This document shows positions 51,127-64,000 of a DNA stretch of 64,000 nt, one piece after another. A model generated the notes under the pieces. That model saw only the letters and a list, made by a program, of their open reading frames with translations. It had not been told where the DNA came from and searched no databases. Source of the DNA: Escherichia phage PBECO4; the sequence record KC295538. One strand, given 5' to 3'. Numbering within the stretch: the stretch's first letter is position 1; the number at the start of each line of letters is the position of its first letter. Made by a program: the position numbers and the translations under genes.

Positions 51127-51186
51127 TATCTATAGATTATTTATATAAAGGACAAGGAAGACCCATAAGGTCTTCCATTAAATATA

Positions 51187-52599
51187 TCAATTGTCTGATT
51201 TAGGAGTAAAGTCAATCTTTCTTAGTTCTTTTAGTTCAGATTTATAAATGTCCCAAATTAAGTCATGATTAGATAACAGTTCATTGTACTTATCCATCAA
51301 ATCAAGATTATCTTGAATATCTTGTAGTACTGATTGATAATTATCTTGCGTCCAGCGATATGAAGGGAAGTTTACAATGCTTTGAATATTCTCTTCCGTT
51401 GCTTCAATTTCGGTATTTAACGATTTAACGAATTCAACCATTTCAGCACGGTTTGCAAATCCTTTTACCTTAGCAATCATATCATTATCGAAACATTCTT
51501 TAATTAGAATTTTATAACGAACTTCAGCAGCACAATCATCAAGTTTCTTTTCATAACGCTTGATGTAATATTTGAAACGGAAATCAACGAAGTCTTTAAT
51601 CAAATCCATCGTAGTATCGTAAACTTTCACTTTGCCATTTTCACCTAGAACAGTTAAATGTTGAGTCATTTTTTTGTTAATGCCAAAATACTCAATAACA
51701 TCCATCTCTGTCCATTTAGCTGACGTTCCACGTGGAAGTTTAATGGTAATATCAATTACATCAGTACTATCATTGTCATAATCACGAATCTCACCATCAT
51801 CACTCATTTTGATTAGTTTTTCGATGAATTTCTCAATACTGTAATTAGGTGGTAAGCCTGTTACTTTAACAGTGCTTGCATCAATAACCTCAGCTTTACC
51901 ATAGAATTCATACTTATTTTCATCAAGCTTAGTCACAACATCACTTGCACCACATGAAACATAATATGGGGTCATTTCTTTTAGTGGTTTTTTATCAATA
52001 GCACGAATGCAATTATCAATAATATCTTCAATTTTATGTGGTAGAATTGTACTCTTATAACCAACTGACATACTATCATTACCAAACAATGATAATGGAA
52101 TAATAGGCAAGAAATGAACAGGTTCATATGTTGTCCCGTCATAGTTCTCTTTCATTGGTATAATATCAGCATCACGCAAAACAAGCATCTCAGTACTCTT
52201 ATTCTTTTTAACATAAGTGTAACGAGCAGATGCTGGTGTACTGTTTACTTGTGTACCAAAACCACCACGTTTTCCAATAAGAGGATAGTTGTTAGCTACT
52301 GGAGATGCTAGATTTTGAAGTGTTCCTGATGCTGACGTGTCCCCATGAAGATAGATACCATCACTAATCATTTTTCCAGCACATGATACTGTTTTAATTT
52401 CCCCACTAATTTTAGATAATGTGAAGATTGCTTTACGTTGTGAACTCTTTAGACCATCAATTCCAGGAATAGCACGGTCTAGTGTATACATCGAATATTC
52501 TAGTGATGTTGTATTCACATAATCAGAACTGTTATAATCTAGTAGAGTTAGTGTTTGGTTATCGATATTATGATTTTCTGTTTTTTTACTTTTAGCCAT
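51187..52599 (-). CDS. DNA topoisomerase II medium subunit (T4 gp52-like, GyrA-type)
   Basis: 470 aa; N-terminal YSMYTLDRAIPGIDGLKSSQRKAIF typical of GyrA/ParC/gp52. Confidence 0.8.
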   Translation of the reverse strand: MAKSKKTENHNIDNQTLTLLDYNSSDYVNTTSLEYSMYTLDRAIPGIDGLKSSQRKAIFTLSKISGEIKTVSCAGKMISDGIYLHGDTSASGTLQNLASPVANNYPLIGKRGGFGTQVNSTPASARYTYVKKNKSTEMLVLRDADIIPMKENYDGTTYEPVHFLPIIPLSLFGNDSMSVGYKSTILPHKIEDIIDNCIRAIDKKPLKEMTPYYVSCGASDVVTKLDENKYEFYGKAEVIDASTVKVTGLPPNYSIEKFIEKLIKMSDDGEIRDYDNDSTDVIDITIKLPRGTSAKWTEMDVIEYFGINKKMTQHLTVLGENGKVKVYDTTMDLIKDFVDFRFKYYIKRYEKKLDDCAAEVRYKILIKECFDNDMIAKVKGFANRAEMVEFVKSLNTEIEATEENIQSIVNFPSYRWTQDNYQSVLQDIQDNLDLMDKYNELLSNHDLIWDIYKSELKELRKIDFTPKSDN

Positions 52600-52649
52600 T
52601 CCATTGTCTCTTGGTAAAAGGGGAACACCATGTTCCCCATTAGTCTATA

Positions 52650-54614
52650 TTATTCCATCCAGTTCTTACGATCATCTGCACGTTTCTTGTTGAAAATCAA
52701 ATCAAGAGTTTCTCCAAGACGTCCATCATCGGTGATCGCTACTGCAACACTATTAGTGAATGCATCACGGAAGTTTGCTTTTTCTAAAGTTCCTAAACCT
52801 TTTGCACGCGTTGCTTTCCAGCCTTTCCAATCATCTGGGTTATATTCATGCACATTATGACCATAGTAGTATTTTGATTCTTTACCTTTCTCAAGAATGA
52901 TAAATGGTGTTTTGAATACATACACAAATGGATTTTCTGGGTCTTGAAACAATTCAGGCCAGAATTTAAATAAGAAGTTACACACTAGAGCACCAATGTT
53001 CTTCCCATCTTCATCTTCATCAGCACAGATGTAAAGCTTACCATAGTTTAGTTCAGAACGTTCTGCTTTAACACCTGGAACTAAGTTGATACTAGCCATT
53101 ATATCATGTAAAGCCATTGAATCCATTAATTCTTTGGTTTTCTCAGTACCACTGACGTTCATAATTTTCCCACGCAATGGTAGAATACCATGAATACTTG
53201 GTATACGAGCACTAGCCATGTTGGAAATTGCAGAGTCACCTTCTGCAATCAATAGAATACACTGTGAACGGTCTGTTCCAGTACTATCCAATAGTTTTGC
53301 AACTTTACCTTTTAGAAGTTTCTTTGCTAGGCGACGATCTTCTTCTGCATCTTTCTTATTTGTACGGGCAGCACAACGTTCGAAGATTTCATCAACCCAT
53401 TCTTTGTTCTTCTTAACTAATTCATCAAACCATTCGGTACTCATAGCTTGTTGAATTGGACGGATTACGTTTTCATTAGTTAGTTTAGATTTAATCTGTG
53501 AGTTGAATGAAGGTGCTTTCATAGTTGTGACATTATAAATCAACAAACCTTCTTCAATATCAGAACGATTAGGTTTCATCCTACGTTTCTTAGATTCTTT
53601 CTCTAGTGCAGTTCCTACACCGAGTGAGAAGAATTTCTTGAATGTATCAAGATGTGTACCACCATCAAATGCAGGAGCATTGTTAACCAACCCATGCATA
53701 TGGAAATTCGTGTTCATGCCAGCTACTGCATTAGGAACAATATAAAAAGTACTGTTAAAATTGAATGAATCATCTTTAACATTCAACTGCATTAATTTAG
53801 ATGCATTGAAGAGTGCTTTTTCAGTGTTTCCTTTAATAGCAATACGTTTCCCGTTCAGAAAGATTTTATAAGTTGGGTTAGCTGCTGCCATTTCTTTAAG
53901 AATACTATAAAGTAATTCGGTTGGTAGTTTTCTGTTTGGAAAAACTTCTTTACTCAAAGTAAAACGAATTGTTGTTCCAGTTTTATCGGTTTGTACCTTT
54001 CTAATAGTAGGTTCGTGTACATGAAGCTCAGGGAACATAATAGTTCCTTCCTCAAACTTCTGATTGAACTTATAAAACCCATCATAACCATCATTACTAC
54101 TTTGTGTTTTATACGGACGACCTTGGCGATGAATTTCTAACTCTGCCTTAGAACTGACAATCATTGCAACAGAACCACCTAAACCATTCTGACCAATCGT
54201 TTCATCACGTTTTGAATCGTCAAAGTTACGGCCTGTTTTTGTTTCAGTCATTACCATAGTACACAAGTTTTTCTGATACTCTGGAACATAATCAATTGGA
54301 ATACCACGTCCATTGTCACTAATTTCAAATGATAGTTCTTCTTCATTGAAATCAACTTTCAAAACAGGTTCTTTGGTTCCAGCTTTTTTAAATTCATCTA
54401 AGCTGTTATCAATAATTTCACGTGTAGCAGTAAGAATTGCAGGAACCCATTCTACGTTCTTAACCTCATAACCTGATTCACCAAAAATCAGTACTTGACT
54501 TTCATGCACTGAACGAGAACCAAGATACATCTCGGTACGCAAACGAGCATGTTGATAATCATTTAGTCGTTGAACATCATGTTCCTGTAGAACAGCACTT
54601 TCTTTCTTAGCCAT
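52650..54614 (-). CDS. DNA topoisomerase II large subunit (T4 gp39-like, GyrB-type ATPase + Toprim)
   Basis: 654 aa; GHKL motifs EIIDNSLDE and ISDNGRGIP; GLGG; Toprim-like LLIAEGDSA and CADEDEDG. Confidence 0.85.
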   Translation of the reverse strand: MAKKESAVLQEHDVQRLNDYQHARLRTEMYLGSRSVHESQVLIFGESGYEVKNVEWVPAILTATREIIDNSLDEFKKAGTKEPVLKVDFNEEELSFEISDNGRGIPIDYVPEYQKNLCTMVMTETKTGRNFDDSKRDETIGQNGLGGSVAMIVSSKAELEIHRQGRPYKTQSSNDGYDGFYKFNQKFEEGTIMFPELHVHEPTIRKVQTDKTGTTIRFTLSKEVFPNRKLPTELLYSILKEMAAANPTYKIFLNGKRIAIKGNTEKALFNASKLMQLNVKDDSFNFNSTFYIVPNAVAGMNTNFHMHGLVNNAPAFDGGTHLDTFKKFFSLGVGTALEKESKKRRMKPNRSDIEEGLLIYNVTTMKAPSFNSQIKSKLTNENVIRPIQQAMSTEWFDELVKKNKEWVDEIFERCAARTNKKDAEEDRRLAKKLLKGKVAKLLDSTGTDRSQCILLIAEGDSAISNMASARIPSIHGILPLRGKIMNVSGTEKTKELMDSMALHDIMASINLVPGVKAERSELNYGKLYICADEDEDGKNIGALVCNFLFKFWPELFQDPENPFVYVFKTPFIILEKGKESKYYYGHNVHEYNPDDWKGWKATRAKGLGTLEKANFRDAFTNSVAVAITDDGRLGETLDLIFNKKRADDRKNWME

Positions 54615-54667
54615 TTGAATTCCTTATCATGTCTCTTTGTCATAAAACATTGTATCACCAATGTTTT

Positions 54668-54706
54668 GTTTGTCTCAAAAAAAAAATATCGGAACAATTT
54701 GTCCCG
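54668..54706 (-). terminator. terminator-like hairpin
   Basis: 10-nt A-run (plus) then tatcggaac-aatttg-gtcccgata (one mismatch). Confidence 0.45.
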
Positions 54707-54714
54707 ATATATTA

Positions 54715-55505
54715 TTATTTTACTAACATAAGTTGAAGTTCGGCACTTGGACTTGATTCATCATCACTCCAGTACTTATGAACCTTATCTGGACTCGCCT
54801 TTGCAAGTACTTCACCACCACCAACAATATAAACTTGATGGGAACCAATTAAACGGGTCCAGAATTTAATTGCATCATCAGTATGCAGACTATCACTCAG
54901 AACTTTAATACCATGTGATATCATATCCATAAAAATATTATAAATTATACCTTTAGTTCCAGTTTTAGATGCAGTTGCGGCAATTTCAAAAACGTTTTGA
55001 ACACCAAGTACTGCATCATTGGATAAATGCCCACTAACTATAGCAAGCTGTTTACCAGACTTATCGTAAGCGATAAATCCAGTACCGTTTTTGTTCATAT
55101 ATACATCATAGTCTTTATGTTCTGCGAACTTAACCATGTTGTGCTTACCTGTCATTTCGGCAGTTTTATCGACAAACTCGTCTCGGTCTTGACCTTGAAA
55201 ACTATCGAAACGTTGTGGCATTTCATCCAACTTATCTTTGTCGTCTTCACATGAATCCATTATATCACAAGTTCTGTCGTCTGTATCAGCTAATTCTGCA
55301 TCTTGTACAATATCGACTAAACTACGCATACTTGCTTCTTTTACTTTATTAGGAAGTTTAGAACTTTTTTTAAGATTTCCTTCCTTTTCATCAGCGGCAT
55401 TCCATTCTTTAGCAGCACTTTGTGAAATTCCAGCTTTCTTTGCAAATTCTGGATTGTGTGCGGCGGCTGCGAAGAATTTAGCCTGACTTTTACTCTTACT
55501 TGGCA

Positions 55506-55506
<1 letters not shown>
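54715..55506 (-). CDS. hypothetical protein
   Basis: 263-aa ORF. Confidence 0.55.
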
Positions 55507-57649
<2,143 letters not shown>

Positions 57650-57683
57650 ATATATCTAATCTTGGAGTTTTTAAGTCTATATT

Positions 57684-58746
<1,063 letters not shown>

Positions 58747-58815
58747 GTAATAAAAGCTCCAATATGATTTTAATGTTTTGTTCGATAGTAATTATAGGAT
58801 AGAACATTAGTTCTG

Positions 58816-59010
58816 TCAAGCACTATCATTGTGTTTTTTAATTGCTTCACAGATTGCTTGAACTTGAACAAGATAAGTTTTTGCAAATTCTGCTTGGGTT
58901 CGCACACGGGGGTTCGGTGCGTCTTTGATCATAAGTTCTAGGTCATAAACTACCTTATCAAAAACTCCCTTGTCTTCAATAATACGATCATAAAATGTTT
59001 TGTCAGTCAT
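58816..59010 (-). CDS. hypothetical protein
   Basis: 64-aa ORF. Confidence 0.4.
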   Translation of the reverse strand: MTDKTFYDRIIEDKGVFDKVVYDLELMIKDAPNPRVRTQAEFAKTYLVQVQAICEAIKKHNDSA

Positions 59011-59033
59011 GTCAAGAACTCCATGTTATAAAA

Positions 59034-59624
59034 TTATAATTTAACGTAAGATACTACAGATGCATCAGAAACAGAAGGAACATTAAGATACACGTTCTCA
59101 TACTCAATAAAATCAACAGTACTCGTAGTAAGAGCATTCTTGATACGTTGTATGGTTTTTTGTACAGTAATTTCTTCATTTTCTAGTGCATTAGTGCCAT
59201 TACCTTTCAATGAATCATTGATTAGTGTTTGGATAATCTCAGCAGCTTTTGCTGTTTTCATATCTTCAGTAGTTAGTGCTGCTTGTTCTGCAACACTCAA
59301 AGTACTAAGAAAAGGTTGATAACTAATATATCCAACGGTGATTGTTGCACCAGTTGGAATCGTTTTTGCAGTTCCTGGTGTAGCAAATTCAACATTGCTA
59401 TAAACTGGTACTGAATAAGTTGAAAGCAAACGAGAAAGTTGTAGGTAACGCAAAAGTGCAATTGACTTATCAATAGTTTGCTGGTCAGTCGGTGCGGTTG
59501 TTGGGGAAGATGAATCATAATCACCATACATATAATATGGGATATTATCTAGGTTCGTCCCTGCAACTTCAATTTTAAATACTTGTAGTAAATTGTTCAT
59601 TGTATATTCTTCTCCATAATACAA
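59034..59624 (-). CDS. hypothetical protein
   Basis: 196-aa ORF. Confidence 0.5.
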   Translation of the reverse strand: MYYGEEYTMNNLLQVFKIEVAGTNLDNIPYYMYGDYDSSSPTTAPTDQQTIDKSIALLRYLQLSRLLSTYSVPVYSNVEFATPGTAKTIPTGATITVGYISYQPFLSTLSVAEQAALTTEDMKTAKAAEIIQTLINDSLKGNGTNALENEEITVQKTIQRIKNALTTSTVDFIEYENVYLNVPSVSDASVVSYVKL

Positions 59625-59683
59625 AACACTTTTGATTATTTATTATTAAAAATCAAAAATATTTACGTATAACATTTAGTCTT

Positions 59684-61048
59684 TTAGAATCGTGCATTTT
59701 GCCTCAACATAACACTATAGCGTGGGCGTGTCATGGCAGTGTATAAAATTCTACACTTAGTATCATTTGTACCAATACGTTCAATAAAATCAGTATCAAA
59801 CCAAATGTTATCAAAAGTACTTCCTTGTGATTTATGAACAGTGGTTGCATAAGGATAATTGATGATATGTAATTTGTTCTTAATTACATAGTAATCCTGC
59901 CACATATATGGTTTCTTTGTCAATGGATTTATTTCTTTTTTCTCAATATCCTTAACAAGTTTATCAAGTTTTTCGTCCATTGCAATTCTTGTTTCTGGTC
60001 CTACACCTAAAATATAACTACCATTAGGTAAACGGAATTGCCAACAATCTATTCCCATGAAACTTTCACGTTTTACTTCAGGACATTGTATAATTTGTTG
60101 TACTACATATGGACTATTCTCAGTTATGCTTTCAAAAACAATTGGCTCACCTTTAGTAAATTCATCTGGTACTTCAAATAGTTGACTTCTAATGTAGATA
60201 TTAGCCAAATTAACTCTATAGTTAGTATATGCTAAGATTTTATTTTCATTTACGAAATCAAATATTTTTTTAGATGACCCCTTGTTTTCCATAATGAATT
60301 CACGATAAACATTCAAAAACAAATCTTCATCATCAATAGGTGTAATAGTGCTTAAACCATATGTTTGGTGCATAATATCAAATGGATTTTTACTAGTTCC
60401 AATACACTCACGAATAGCAGTTGCAACTGCCAGAATCGGATTATCTAATGCTTGTCGTAAAACCTCAGTTAACTCATATTGAACAGGTACATCAAACGTA
60501 GGAGACAATTTAGTCTCGCCCATTGTTCCTTCTGACTCAACTGGAGGCAATTGACAACGATCACCAATGAATAAAACTGCTCGACGGACACGCCACAATT
60601 GGTCTTGTATGTGCTGGAATAGTTCATCTGAAATCATACTACACTCATCAACAATAAGAATGTCAACGTTAGTATTACTAACTTTACTTTGTGGATCATG
60701 CTTCAGTACTTGACGATTCTTTTCATATACTAATTTTAATCCTAAAAAAGAGTGTATAGTACTAACTTGTGCATCTTCCTTAGTAAGACCAGCATTATTA
60801 ATTAGCATATTACGAATAACAGCATTGGCTTTATGTGTAGGTGAAGTTACTGCAATATTATAATTTTTACATAGTGCTTTTACAATCTCAGCAGTAGTGA
60901 ATGTTTTTCCAGTTCCTGCTGGTGCAGATAAAACTGAAATTGTTTTACCTGCATAGTTGTAAACACGATCTATAAAATCATCAAAGATTTCTTGTTGCTT
61001 ATCCGTAAGCTTAATTTTACTCATCATTCCCTCGACTGATTTATACAT
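59684..61048 (-). CDS. dda: Dda-like SF1B DNA helicase
   Basis: 454 aa; Walker A APAGTGKTF, SPTHKA, STIHSFLG, Walker B IVDECSM, motif V TVHKSQGSTFD. Confidence 0.85.
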   Translation of the reverse strand: MYKSVEGMMSKIKLTDKQQEIFDDFIDRVYNYAGKTISVLSAPAGTGKTFTTAEIVKALCKNYNIAVTSPTHKANAVIRNMLINNAGLTKEDAQVSTIHSFLGLKLVYEKNRQVLKHDPQSKVSNTNVDILIVDECSMISDELFQHIQDQLWRVRRAVLFIGDRCQLPPVESEGTMGETKLSPTFDVPVQYELTEVLRQALDNPILAVATAIRECIGTSKNPFDIMHQTYGLSTITPIDDEDLFLNVYREFIMENKGSSKKIFDFVNENKILAYTNYRVNLANIYIRSQLFEVPDEFTKGEPIVFESITENSPYVVQQIIQCPEVKRESFMGIDCWQFRLPNGSYILGVGPETRIAMDEKLDKLVKDIEKKEINPLTKKPYMWQDYYVIKNKLHIINYPYATTVHKSQGSTFDNIWFDTDFIERIGTNDTKCRILYTAMTRPRYSVMLRQNARF

Positions 61049-61054
61049 TTCAAG

Positions 61055-62357
<1,303 letters not shown>

Positions 62358-62442
62358 ATTACTTCTTTCTCCATATAAACTATGTAAAACGTAAAATTGG
62401 GTAAATACTTTATAAAAATAACAATAAGATTGGAGATTAACA

Positions 62443-63845
<1,403 letters not shown>

Positions 63846-63847
63846 AA

Positions 63848-63880
63848 TAAAAGGAGCAACATTTTGTTGCTCCTTTTTTA
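63848..63880. terminator. bidirectional intrinsic terminator
   Basis: ggagcaaca-tttt-gttgctcc flanked by A-run and T-run between convergent genes. Confidence 0.6.

Positions 63881-64000
<120 letters not shown>

Overview
By eye this is an AT-rich (roughly one-third GC) segment of a large lytic, T4-like (Tevenvirinae-type) myovirus genome, with almost every gene on the minus strand. Recognisable T4-type early/middle functions are present: topoisomerase II large (gp39-like) and medium (gp52-like) subunits, clamp-loader gp44-like AAA+ protein, GroES/gp31-like co-chaperonin, Dda-like helicase, DexA-like DEDDh exonuclease, RNase HI, dihydrofolate reductase, plus a cluster of seven tRNA-like genes. 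Less usual for this phage type are a full-length sigma-70 family factor, a translation initiation factor IF3 homologue, an orphan C5-cytosine methyltransferase, a NADAR/YbiA-like protein, an HNH endonuclease and a short DnaE-like fragment. The most striking feature is an array of about 20 diverged paralogous small genes (13.1-34.6 kb) that share a conserved C-terminal motif ([ST]EExxFxQxS[TL][IV]xD/E) I cannot assign to any known family; this is the best candidate for an undescribed system. A second small family (N-terminus MTHEEW, 5 copies) is interleaved with the tRNAs. Several sigma70-consensus promoters carry the palindrome CAGTACTG, which also recurs elsewhere in the window. No CRISPR array, integrase or transposase was seen. 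All calls are from reading the sequence and ORF translations; no database search was run.
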